From the IMG/VR virus record IMGVR_UViG_3300042309_002885, positions 57,926 through 121,925 of that record: a stretch of DNA of 64,000 bases, one strand, 5' to 3'. The notes under the pieces were generated by a model. That model ran no database searches and was not told the DNA's origin. It saw only the letters and a program-made list of their open reading frames with translations. Shown here one piece after another: positions 17,591-26,909 of the stretch. This DNA comes from a virus. The translations under genes were made by a program, and so were the position numbers. Each line of letters begins with the position of its first letter. Position 1 is the first letter of the stretch.

Positions 17591-19281
17591 ATACGACCTT
17601 TATTTTTATGGAAAGTTGGGGATATAACCTTAAAGATAAATGTATCTGTTGGTTGTGAAATCTTTATAACTAAGCCTTCATAATCACCTAGCTTCCCTGC
17701 TAGTTTTCCTAACTTACGAAGTATTTTTGTGTGCATCCTGCGCTGATACGGTAATAGTACCCTTATTAAATGAGACCTCATGTCTTTTTTAGCTGCTTGA
17801 TCGTCACGCTTTCTCGAGGCGTTGTAAAGAACTTCTTCGTAATTTGGGTTTTGAGCCACGAAGGTTTTAATCTCCTGAGCTGCATTTTCTGTTTCGTATT
17901 TTAAATTTATTGGATCAAACACATCAATGCCGAGAGGTATAAATTTAACATTACTATCCGATAGATCGGTTAAACTTCTCGTTATACCTTCCACCAATTC
18001 TGAAGAAAGCTCCTGGCCATTATAATCTGTTACAGAAATAATAGGAAAAGTCGACCATACACCTAGCTTGTCTCTCTCATAATTTGTTGCAACAAAGTAT
18101 ACAATACCCGGAAGCTCTTCACGTGTTAGTGCAAACGGTGAGTAAAGCCATTCTGCCTGTACTCTAATACCATCAATTTTTAAGTCCTTTTTATATCTCA
18201 ACAGTGTTTTATATACAAGTTTTTTAATCTTAGAGAAGTTTTCTTCGAAAGCCTTTCTGGTGGGTTCATGCATTATTTTATCCTTAAAAACACCATCAAC
18301 AACAGGCCCTGAATAGCTACCCTGTAAAAAGAATTTATTTTGCGGAGTAATGCCGAACTTAACTGACATCCCATCAGCTTTTTCTGATATACTTGAATTA
18401 CCTGGTTGTATTACGCCATTTGTTTGCTCTAATGCATCAATAAGTTTGGTGAAGTTTTCAAAATCCATTGAATACTGATTCGGTTTATATTCTGAATATA
18501 AGTGTTGCACTCCTATTCTTTTACCTGTCGAATCAGCGCTTTCTTTCACAATCTCATTACCACTAAAAATATCTATACCGTCCTTGCTAATAGTCTGTCT
18601 TGCTTCATTAAGGAGTGACATTATTATGTTAATATCCTTATATTTTTTGAGTAGAAATGCTATTATAGATTTTATATTGATGAGGTTTCTAGCACGTGCG
18701 CTAGAATCACCCAGCAAAATTTGTGACACTCTATCTGGATTTGTATTTTCAATAGTACTACCTGTTTGACGATCTGTAATACCTTTTAAGCCACTCCACC
18801 TTAAATTTAAATTTTTAGCCAAGTTAGCCATAACTACACTTCTATACGCTCCCTTAAGCGGGAAGGGTTCGTCGTTAGCTAGTGCAAATTTTGCAAAATT
18901 AATATCGGGTACAAACATGAAATCTGTTTGTACATATTCACCGTCTTTGTTGTATATGGGTGTTTTGAAATGAACACTTATACCTGATTTTGCAATATAA
19001 TCTTTTGGATTTAAGTTACGTTCCATACACCAATTGGCAAGAATATCGTATAACCGTACCTTAGACATTTTAAGCTCGTTAATAGCTATATCTAAATCTC
19101 CTGATGTCTCTCTTTTGCCTGTACTACCTAATAGGTTATTGTTTAAATTTACCCCTACTATTTTGGATAGAAAATCTACAGTTGGCTTTATGTCTACTAA
19201 GCTTATACGCTGCGTAGGATGTTGTTTAAAAACATTACCACCTTCTTGGAGAATGTTAAAGTATTTGTAAAAGTTAATCAT
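17587..19281 (-). CDS. Two-domain protein: Pol-beta-like nucleotidyltransferase plus ligase-like (KxDG) domain
   Basis: N-domain LGSTGKRETSGDLDIAI...VQTDFMF; C-domain SISEKADG...VQAEWL...YEGLVIK...FKVI. Confidence 0.55.
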   Translation of the reverse strand: MINFYKYFNILQEGGNVFKQHPTQRISLVDIKPTVDFLSKIVGVNLNNNLLGSTGKRETSGDLDIAINELKMSKVRLYDILANWCMERNLNPKDYIAKSGISVHFKTPIYNKDGEYVQTDFMFVPDINFAKFALANDEPFPLKGAYRSVVMANLAKNLNLRWSGLKGITDRQTGSTIENTNPDRVSQILLGDSSARARNLINIKSIIAFLLKKYKDINIIMSLLNEARQTISKDGIDIFSGNEIVKESADSTGKRIGVQHLYSEYKPNQYSMDFENFTKLIDALEQTNGVIQPGNSSISEKADGMSVKFGITPQNKFFLQGSYSGPVVDGVFKDKIMHEPTRKAFEENFSKIKKLVYKTLLRYKKDLKIDGIRVQAEWLYSPFALTREELPGIVYFVATNYERDKLGVWSTFPIISVTDYNGQELSSELVEGITRSLTDLSDSNVKFIPLGIDVFDPINLKYETENAAQEIKTFVAQNPNYEEVLYNASRKRDDQAAKKDMRSHLIRVLLPYQRRMHTKILRKLGKLAGKLGDYEGLVIKISQPTDTFIFKVISPTFHKNKGRI

Positions 19282-19411
19282 ACTGAGATAGAATGTTTTT
19301 TATTTCCGGGGTACTAGTATTAATTTTTGTTATATTAGCCTTACTCTGTGTAATATCTGCTTTACTACCACCTCTCACTAAATTTTTCCGTATAAATTTT
19401 TTGTAGCTCTC

Positions 19412-20137
19412 TTAGACATTACTTAAATTATCTTCTACTTCTTTGTCTTCAAGTGATTGTGCTAAAATGCTCTGAATAGCTTCTACTATTTTTTCTGGAT
19501 CAATATCTGCATATTCATTTACAATAGGTTTAATTATCATTAACTCTTCATCAGTAGGTGAGTGTTTAAGAGCTTTCATAATTAACTCTTTATAGAGCGA
19601 ATTAAAAACCTCTGATAGGTCGAGGTCATTTTCTGAATTACTACCCGGTGGTGTCTCGAGCTTAGTATCTGCACTAGGTGCTATTTTACTTGTATCAGAT
19701 TGTGGTTCTGTTGCATCAGCAGACTGTTCAATAAATATCATATATTTATTGAGTAAATTGAGAGTTTTCGACTCTACTCTCAGACTTCTATCTAATGATA
19801 TAATTTGCTTTATATTTTTAATTACTTTTGAAACAGGTACATTTACCATGTTTTTAATTGTATCTATTTTATTATAGATATATTTTTCTCTCTGTGAGCC
19901 AAACATCTTTGGGTTGAAGATAAAAGCATTTGTAAGAATTTTTATTACATATTTCTCGTTGCTAGTTAGTTGTTTAGGCACTCCGGTAGGTGCTTCTTGT
20001 GCTGTATTAGGTATGGGTGTAATACCTGCAGGATTCATTCCAGCTACAGTGCTACCAGGCTGTTCTGGCGTCTGTTCTTCAAGAACACCGTATTTAACTA
20101 GATAATTATTAAAAAGTTGTATTGTTTTATTTTTCAT
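19412..20137 (-). CDS. Hypothetical late protein with internal duplication
   Basis: KTIQLFNNYL...EEQ and KTLNLLNKYM..IEQ halves, each followed by a Pro/Thr linker and a helical block. Confidence 0.6.
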   Translation of the reverse strand: MKNKTIQLFNNYLVKYGVLEEQTPEQPGSTVAGMNPAGITPIPNTAQEAPTGVPKQLTSNEKYVIKILTNAFIFNPKMFGSQREKYIYNKIDTIKNMVNVPVSKVIKNIKQIISLDRSLRVESKTLNLLNKYMIFIEQSADATEPQSDTSKIAPSADTKLETPPGSNSENDLDLSEVFNSLYKELIMKALKHSPTDEELMIIKPIVNEYADIDPEKIVEAIQSILAQSLEDKEVEDNLSNV

Positions 20138-20610
20138 ATAACGTTTACACTATTTGAGGTTAGGCCCTTCTTTGATGCTTTAATAGCTTCGCGTATATTA
20201 TTTGTAACACGCTTATATACACCAATACCCTCTTTTGCGACATTTTCACGCTCACCCACTGCTGTTTTAGCTTGCTGGTATGCAGATCCTAACTTACCTG
20301 CTGCCCACCCAAGAGGTCCATTTTTTGCTTTTGCTGCGAGTTCTTCAACTCCATGGTCTAAGCTATACGTAATACTCTCATTATCTTCTTCAGGTGTATT
20401 ACTATTGTTTGACTCACTAACACTTGTAACATGCAATGTAATAGTACTTCCTTTTACTTGTATTAGAAGTTCTTCTGGTTTATTCGTAGATATTACATTT
20501 ATTTCAGGTATTTTATTTAAAAGATCTGCTAACAAATCTACCATTTCTCCCTTTGCAGTACTATCTGCAGAAGGCATAGTACCCTCTACAATATCTAAAA
20601 ACTTACTCAT
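20134..20610 (-). CDS. Hypothetical late protein
   Basis: GATAAATA 5 nt before the ATG; N-terminus MSKFLDIVEG. Confidence 0.6.
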   Translation of the reverse strand: MSKFLDIVEGTMPSADSTAKGEMVDLLADLLNKIPEINVISTNKPEELLIQVKGSTITLHVTSVSESNNSNTPEEDNESITYSLDHGVEELAAKAKNGPLGWAAGKLGSAYQQAKTAVGERENVAKEGIGVYKRVTNNIREAIKASKKGLTSNSVNVI

Positions 20611-20618
20611 GTTTATAT

Positions 20619-21149
20619 TTATCGTAAAAGCATAATTTTATTACCTGGCTGCTTTAGATAAGTATCAACAACATAGAGCAGTTGCCATTTTTTTAAAAAA
20701 CGCTTAAATTTCTGAAAAGCCTTTACACTATCCTTTTTTAGCATAATGCATCTTTCTAATTCCTCTACACACATACAATCTCTATTATCTAATTTAGATA
20801 CGAATTGCTGTAGATATAAATCACTAAAAATTACCTGACATGGTAATTTTTCTAAGAATTCAACAATAAAACGAGTGTTGTTATCATTTTTATTTTTTTT
20901 AAAAAAAATAATTATTTCTTTATTTTTGGATTCTTTTTTTAAAAAATCGCATAATGCTAATAAAACACTATGATAAAGAAGTTTAATACTATCGTTCGAT
21001 TTGAGATCTGTTATTGAATATGAATCTAAAAGAGGATATAATTTTAGATATGCGTCATTTAAAATATAATCGAAATTAATTAAGAGTAAATTATGTTTTT
21101 TTAACTCTTGATATTCCAGGTCTTGATACTCGTAAGTTAATAATTCCAT
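20619..21149 (-). CDS. Hypothetical protein (start uncertain)
   Basis: Open frame filling the gap between neighbours; the track start at 21248 overlaps the GIY-YIG gene heavily. Confidence 0.5.
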   Translation of the reverse strand: MELLTYEYQDLEYQELKKHNLLLINFDYILNDAYLKLYPLLDSYSITDLKSNDSIKLLYHSVLLALCDFLKKESKNKEIIIFFKKNKNDNNTRFIVEFLEKLPCQVIFSDLYLQQFVSKLDNRDCMCVEELERCIMLKKDSVKAFQKFKRFLKKWQLLYVVDTYLKQPGNKIMLLR

Positions 21150-21519
21150 TATAATAATCCTCGCGTAATAAAACCTCTTTGTCAAATTGAAGTTTAGCTT
21201 CTGCATATGCAAGTGCAAATTTTGACTCACAAAATTGTAATATTTCAAACTTGAAATTATTTTTACCGTGTATTTTAATATCTTCGTTTAATTCTCTTGA
21301 GGATGATGTGTATACTCTCCAGTCAGTTTCAACAGCTTGATGCCTTTTTTTTGTCTTACCTTTTAAAGGTTGCTTTTTTTTAATAGTTATGCACTGTTTT
21401 TTACCTATATATTTTTTATTTGTTATTATACATGTAATGCAATATATAAAGCCGAAGGGCGTAGTAGCTGTATTATAAACTACATTTTCCGCTAAATGCC
21501 AGTGACCAGTATCAATCAT
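21091..21519 (-). CDS. GIY-YIG endonuclease (Seg-like homing endonuclease family)
   Basis: GFIYCITC..TNKKYIGKK...YTSSS..LN.DI...G..NF.FEIL...E...YYN. Confidence 0.8.
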   Translation of the reverse strand: MIDTGHWHLAENVVYNTATTPFGFIYCITCIITNKKYIGKKQCITIKKKQPLKGKTKKRHQAVETDWRVYTSSSRELNEDIKIHGKNNFKFEILQFCESKFALAYAEAKLQFDKEVLLREDYYNGIINLRVSRPGISRVKKT

Positions 21520-21725
21520 TTTTTTATTTTCTTGCGGCGCTTATTTTTATACTTACCTTTTCTTGTAAATACAGCGCCGCCTTTTGGTATTTGTAACTTG
21601 CCCGGAGCATAAAAATCACCACTAAAAGGTGTATCTGGTGTAAATCCTCCTACACTACCTCCAAGTGCAGAACCTGCTGTGAGGTTTTCATAAAAAAACT
21701 GCTTAAAAGTTCCAGTTGATTTCAT
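21516..21725 (-). CDS. Small hypothetical late protein with basic C-tail
   Basis: TATAAATA upstream; ...FKQFFYEN N-terminus; ends RKGKYKNKRRKKIKK. Confidence 0.6.
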   Translation of the reverse strand: MKSTGTFKQFFYENLTAGSALGGSVGGFTPDTPFSGDFYAPGKLQIPKGGAVFTRKGKYKNKRRKKIKK

Positions 21726-21744
21726 TATATAAAGTATTTATAAT
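21716..21744 (+). promoter_or_regulatory. Sigma70-like promoter for uvsY operon, overlapping a divergent late promoter
   Basis: TTGATT-17 nt-TATAAT; the GTG start lies 7 nt after the -10 box. Confidence 0.7.
21735..21742 (-). promoter_or_regulatory. T4-type late promoter TATAAATA
   Basis: Exact T4 gp55 consensus, 9 nt before the ATG at 21725; gp55 is encoded in the window. Confidence 0.65.
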
Positions 21745-21750
21745 AATTCT

Positions 21751-22146
21751 GTGGAATTGCTAAATAAATATAAACAGGAAATCGAACAAGATCTCATAAT
21801 AAACGATTTCAATATTAAAGAAGTTCAACTTAAACTCGCAAGTCGTAAACATTTTTGGGCTGCGCGATTAATCGATGAAAAAATTAAGTTAAACAGTTTA
21901 CTAAAAAGAAAAAAACAACTCAAAAAGGCATTAACTGTAAAAATTATAAACGAGGCTCCTGTCAGACTTACACAACAAACTGCAGAACAAGCAGCTGAAA
22001 ACACCGATGAAATTATCAGTATTGCTGATAAAATTAAAGAGAGTGAATTTATAATAGAATATCTTGAAAAGGTAGAAAAAATTATGGTAAATTTACACTG
22101 GGATATCAAAAATATTATTGATATACAAAAAATGGAGCAATTATGA
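21751..22146 (+). CDS. uvsY: Recombination mediator UvsY-like
   Basis: Helical ~130 aa protein with KH.W motif, ending IK.I.D..K.E; directly upstream of uvsW as in T4-like phages. Confidence 0.65.
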   Translation: MELLNKYKQEIEQDLIINDFNIKEVQLKLASRKHFWAARLIDEKIKLNSLLKRKKQLKKALTVKIINEAPVRLTQQTAEQAAENTDEIISIADKIKESEFIIEYLEKVEKIMVNLHWDIKNIIDIQKMEQL

Positions 22147-23594
22147 TAGTTCTAGATTATTTGCCATCAAAAAACAAGCTCATAATAAAATGTGAGAATG
22201 AAAAAACATTTTCGCTTTTACGGGAGCACTTTAGCGTGGTAGATAAAAATTCTTCTTTTAAACAAAATCGTTTCAAGAGATATGGTGTAAAGATACCATC
22301 ACGAAAATACTGCATCACACCAACAGGTCAGTGCGATATAGGATTATACGAAGAACTTAATAACTATTTTATTGAAAAACAAATAGTAGAAAAAATCTCT
22401 ATAACACCATTATTGCAATCAGCTTTGAATATTGGTAAACAGTGGTTATTAAATAATAATTTAAATATACAACTACGCGACTATCAGAAAGAAGTAGTTC
22501 AAAAAGCTATAACCGCTGGCTGTGGTACGTGTGTTCTTGGAACTGGCGCTGGTAAGACTTTTGTAACAGCTGCTCTGATTGAATCATTTCATTTAAATGC
22601 ATCACGTAAATCAACTTTTAAATGCTTAATGGTAGTACCGGATATAGGCCTTGTAGAACAAACCTATAACGAATTTCAAAAATCCGGTATTACTGCACAT
22701 ATTACAAAGTGGTCCGGTGCAAACACACTTGATATAAACGCAAATATAATTATATGTAATATACAAATATTGCAGTCACAGCTTGCAGAAAATAATTGGA
22801 TAAAACACGTTGATCTGCTCGTTATAGATGAGTGTCATAAAATAAGACCTGACAACAAAATTAGTAAGATAATTACCACTATTAAAACGAGACACAAATA
22901 TGGTTTTACTGGAACCTTACCAGAGGATGCATACGATCGTTGGTTTATTATCGGTAAAATAGGTCCGGTTTTATACAAAAAAAGTAGCTACGAGCTCAGG
23001 ACTGAAAACTTTCTTTCAAATGTCGAGATAAAAATATTAAGGCTTAACTATAGTAATAATTTTATTCCTAAGACAGATAAGTCTGAATATAGAAGTGAGT
23101 TAAACTTCATACACAATTGTGATAAGCGCAACACCATTATACAAAGGCTTTGCCATAAACTTACAAGTAATACTCTCATTCTCGTGAATCATATTATTCA
23201 TGGTGAAATTTTATTTAATAAACTCTCTCCTCTAACAGATAAACAGGTATTTTTTATACAGGGTGAAATAAATGTTGAAGAGAGAGAGCGTATTAAACAA
23301 ATAATGGAAAAAGACAGTAACGTTATATGTATTGCTATTAGTGCTATTTTTTCTACAGGTGTAAATGTTACTAATATTCATAATATCATTTTTGCAGCTG
23401 GCGGCAAATCCTTCATACGTACAGTTCAATCCATTGGCCGGGGATTGCGCTTACATAATCAAAAAAAGCGATTACTAATTATAGATATTTATGAAAATTT
23501 AAAATATAGTATAAGACATCAACTTAACAGGCAGAATATCTATATAACAGAAAAAATACAATATACAGAAAAAGTTATTGATATTACTCAATAA
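22143..23594 (+). CDS. uvsW: UvsW SF2 helicase
   Basis: LRDYQ, GTGAGKT, IDECH, GFTGT, FSTGVN, QSIGRGLR. Confidence 0.9.
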   Translation: MIVLDYLPSKNKLIIKCENEKTFSLLREHFSVVDKNSSFKQNRFKRYGVKIPSRKYCITPTGQCDIGLYEELNNYFIEKQIVEKISITPLLQSALNIGKQWLLNNNLNIQLRDYQKEVVQKAITAGCGTCVLGTGAGKTFVTAALIESFHLNASRKSTFKCLMVVPDIGLVEQTYNEFQKSGITAHITKWSGANTLDINANIIICNIQILQSQLAENNWIKHVDLLVIDECHKIRPDNKISKIITTIKTRHKYGFTGTLPEDAYDRWFIIGKIGPVLYKKSSYELRTENFLSNVEIKILRLNYSNNFIPKTDKSEYRSELNFIHNCDKRNTIIQRLCHKLTSNTLILVNHIIHGEILFNKLSPLTDKQVFFIQGEINVEERERIKQIMEKDSNVICIAISAIFSTGVNVTNIHNIIFAAGGKSFIRTVQSIGRGLRLHNQKKRLLIIDIYENLKYSIRHQLNRQNIYITEKIQYTEKVIDITQ

Positions 23595-23610
23595 CATAAT
23601 ACTATACAGT

Positions 23611-24048
23611 ATGTCTAAAGAAAATTATTATGTTGATCCTCATGAATTTAAAGAATCGCTTCGTAAATATTATGAAACAGACAACCTTACAGACGATCTG
23701 GCAGAGAATATTAAAAAAATAGCCTATGGTTTGAGTTATAATAGTTCCTTTATCAATTACACATATAAAGATGATATGATAGGTGATTCATTAATAAAAA
23801 TGTATTCAGCTCTTAAAGGTAAAAAATATAGCTTCAAAGAAGAAACGAACCCCTTTTCATATTTTACAACAATCGCATTTAATGCTTTTGTTAATAGAAT
23901 AAAAAAAGAAAAAAGACATCACGAGGCAGAAAAAAATTACAGAGAAAAGGTATATGAGGATATAATGACTGATCCTAGGACATGTAATAATCTTGTTTAT
24001 ATTAAGCCGTCTAGTAATGAAGATGGTAGTTTTTACGATGAAAATTAA
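23611..24048 (+). CDS. 55: Late-transcription sigma factor gp55
   Basis: YYVD..EF...KIAYGLS..SSFINYTYKDDMIGD...NPFSYFTTIAFNAFVNRIKKEK. Confidence 0.9.
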   Translation: MSKENYYVDPHEFKESLRKYYETDNLTDDLAENIKKIAYGLSYNSSFINYTYKDDMIGDSLIKMYSALKGKKYSFKEETNPFSYFTTIAFNAFVNRIKKEKRHHEAEKNYREKVYEDIMTDPRTCNNLVYIKPSSNEDGSFYDEN

Positions 24049-25084
24049 TAACGATAGAGTAGGTGTTATTTCCGACCTTCATTTAGGTGTACATTCAAAC
24101 AGCCCCAATTGGCATGATATTGCTTTAAAGTGGGCGAAGTGGCAGTGTAGAGAGTTCAATAAACACAATATAGCAGATGTTATATTTTGTGGCGACTGGC
24201 ACCACAATAGAAATGAAATATCTGTTAGTACCTTACAAATATCGGCTGATATTTTAGACATTTTTAGTGAATTCAATATTTTTATTGTAGTGGGTAATCA
24301 TGATATTTTTTATAAACATCGCGTTGATGTAAATTCTCTATCTATTTTTAAAAACAGGCAAAATGTACATATAATTGATACTGTACAAACACTAACCTAT
24401 AATAACAAAAATATTACCTTATGTCCATGGAATACCCAGATTGATGATATACCTCAAAGCGATGTAATATTCGGGCACTTTGAAATCGAGACATTTAAAA
24501 TGAACGCATTCAGGGTATGCGATCACGGTCTAAAAGTTAGTTCGCTTCTACGCAAAAGTCCGCTAATTGTTTCAGGCCACTTTCATACAAGACATGAAAA
24601 AACATATCAAGCAGGTACTATTCTATATGTAGGTAATCCATTTGAAATGGATTTCGGTGACATGGACAATGAGAAAGGATACTATATATTAGATCTTTCA
24701 ACACTAGAATATGAATTTTTTATTAATGCTATCTCTCCTAAACACAAAAAAACAACACTAGACAATCTTGTAAAGCATGGTAATATTACTCAAGAAGTTA
24801 AAGACCTCTTCAAAAACAATATTGTAAAACTTAGTATCGATCGAAATATTTCACCCGAAGATCTTAATTACCTAACAGCAAAACTCAATGCACTCGGACC
24901 TGAAGCACTACAATTAGACTACGACATAACACAACGTAAAGAAGTATCACACAACGTAGATAAAGATCTATCCGGTATCGATATGTTACAAGCAATAGAG
25001 GAATTTATTAATCTAATTGATGTTAGCAATAAAGCTAGAGTTTTAAACTACACTATTGACTTGTATAGGCGATGCTCCATATGA
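24038..25084 (+). CDS. 47: Recombination nuclease gp47 (Mre11/SbcD-like)
   Basis: SDLHLG, FCGDWHH, VGNHD, GHFE, SGHFH metallophosphoesterase motifs. Confidence 0.92.
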   Translation: MKINNDRVGVISDLHLGVHSNSPNWHDIALKWAKWQCREFNKHNIADVIFCGDWHHNRNEISVSTLQISADILDIFSEFNIFIVVGNHDIFYKHRVDVNSLSIFKNRQNVHIIDTVQTLTYNNKNITLCPWNTQIDDIPQSDVIFGHFEIETFKMNAFRVCDHGLKVSSLLRKSPLIVSGHFHTRHEKTYQAGTILYVGNPFEMDFGDMDNEKGYYILDLSTLEYEFFINAISPKHKKTTLDNLVKHGNITQEVKDLFKNNIVKLSIDRNISPEDLNYLTAKLNALGPEALQLDYDITQRKEVSHNVDKDLSGIDMLQAIEEFINLIDVSNKARVLNYTIDLYRRCSI

Positions 25085-26886
25085 AAAAAGTAACATTTAC
25101 AAAAATTACTATTCAAAACTTTCTCTCTATTGGCGAAGACCCAGTAATTGTTAACTTTAGAGAAGGTCTACATATTATAACAGGCCGCAATCTTGATAAG
25201 CCAGATCGGCAAAACGCTGTTGGTAAGTCTACAGTCGCTGATGCTATATATTTTGCAATATTCGGTGAGACCTTGAGAGAACTCAAAAAAGAACTTATAC
25301 TGAACAATATAACAGGAGGTAAAACAAATGTAACGCTTGAGTTTGAAGTAGACTCACCCAAAGGTAGAAATAAGTTCATTATTCAACGTACTCTAAACCC
25401 AACCAAAGCCTCTATCTTTAAGGACGGTGTAGATAAAACAAGAGACAGCATCGCAAACACTACAAAATATATATGTGAAGTACTAAGTGCGACGCCAGCA
25501 ATGTTTCAAAATTGCGTTATTATGACTGTAAACAGCGCAACACCATTTATGGCAAAAAGTAAAGTGGATAAACGAAAGTTTATCGAAGATATATTTGGTA
25601 TGGAGGTTTTTGGTAAGATGCTCTCCGCACTAAGACAGGAATATAATGATGTCAAACGAAACCACGAAATTCAAATAACAAAACTTGAAGAAGTAGACCG
25701 TAATATTCTTAATCTCAAAGATCAGAAAGATAAGGCTTTAGCGCGCCGTGAAGAAAAAAAGAAGCTCTATCAAGAGAGGTATGAATCAAATAGCTGCGAA
25801 GTGCAAGAATTAACTATTAAACTTGATAATATGAGTGAGTTAGAGAGCATAGAAAGTGTTAGAGCAGAAATTGCTAAATATGAGACTCATATTGTTGATT
25901 GTGATGATAAAATTAACACACTAATTGAATCAAGCGGTAATACAAAAACGGAACTTTTATTTAAAAAGGAACAATACAAAAAAATAGGTACGGGTGAGGA
26001 TAAGTGTCCTGTTTGCTTGCGCAAAATTCACGAACATGACCGTGAGGTTTTTGATGCAGAAAAAAATAAACTTAAAGAGACAATCCACAACTTAGCAGAT
26101 AGTGTTCAAGACTTAGCCAATAAAACACTTAAAATAAAAAGTGTTAAAGAAAAAGTAAAGCAAGCCATTAGTATAAAGACAAGTCAGTTAAATGATTTAA
26201 ATATTAAACAACGTGACAAAAAAAATATTAATGAAAGAATTATTCAATTAAATAAATGGCAAGATGAGCTCGTTATAGATCTTGACTCTATTAATTTTGA
26301 AACAACGGAGTATGATGAACTAATTAACGAAACAACACAACGATATAATAACCTACAAAAGGAAACAGAAAATATATCGGAAGAACTTGACAAAATGAAT
26401 GTAGTAAAATACATCGTAAGTGAAGAAGGTATTAAATCATTTATTGTCAATAAACTTCTTGAACTTTTAAACAATAGACTGTATTACTATTTACGAAAGC
26501 TAGACTCTAATTCTATATGCACATTTGATGAATATTTCGAAGAGCAAATTGTTAACGAAAAAAACAAAATATGCTCCTATTTTAACTTTTCGGGTGCTGA
26601 GCGTAAATCAATTGATTTAGCGTGTCTGTTTACCTTTTCGGATTTGAGAAGAATGCAGGGTGGTGTAAGTTATAACATAGCTATATATGATGAGCTTTTC
26701 GATTCATCGTTTGACGAAAAGGGCATAGAGCTAATTACAGAAATCCTACACGAGCGTGTTACAACACTTAACGAATGCTCGATAGTCATAACTCATAGAA
26801 AAGAATCGCATAAGGCTATAACTGGAGATGTTATTTTCCTCGAAAAGGAAAACGGCATAACACGCCAGGTTGATTATATTGAATAA
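25081..26886 (+). CDS. 46: Recombination ATPase gp46 (Rad50/SbcC-like)
   Basis: G.N...NAVGKST, coiled coil with CPVC hook, FSGAE signature, YDELFDSSFD, ITH. Confidence 0.92.
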   Translation: MKKVTFTKITIQNFLSIGEDPVIVNFREGLHIITGRNLDKPDRQNAVGKSTVADAIYFAIFGETLRELKKELILNNITGGKTNVTLEFEVDSPKGRNKFIIQRTLNPTKASIFKDGVDKTRDSIANTTKYICEVLSATPAMFQNCVIMTVNSATPFMAKSKVDKRKFIEDIFGMEVFGKMLSALRQEYNDVKRNHEIQITKLEEVDRNILNLKDQKDKALARREEKKKLYQERYESNSCEVQELTIKLDNMSELESIESVRAEIAKYETHIVDCDDKINTLIESSGNTKTELLFKKEQYKKIGTGEDKCPVCLRKIHEHDREVFDAEKNKLKETIHNLADSVQDLANKTLKIKSVKEKVKQAISIKTSQLNDLNIKQRDKKNINERIIQLNKWQDELVIDLDSINFETTEYDELINETTQRYNNLQKETENISEELDKMNVVKYIVSEEGIKSFIVNKLLELLNNRLYYYLRKLDSNSICTFDEYFEEQIVNEKNKICSYFNFSGAERKSIDLACLFTFSDLRRMQGGVSYNIAIYDELFDSSFDEKGIELITEILHERVTTLNECSIVITHRKESHKAITGDVIFLEKENGITRQVDYIE

Positions 26887-26909
26887 TTAGATATATATAA
26901 AATAATCTT

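Noticed and set aside
20117-20635. 172-aa plus-strand ORF, and similar antisense ORFs such as 14318-14689 and 42716-43180
   Set aside because: Each overlaps a better-supported opposite-strand gene and has no recognisable motifs
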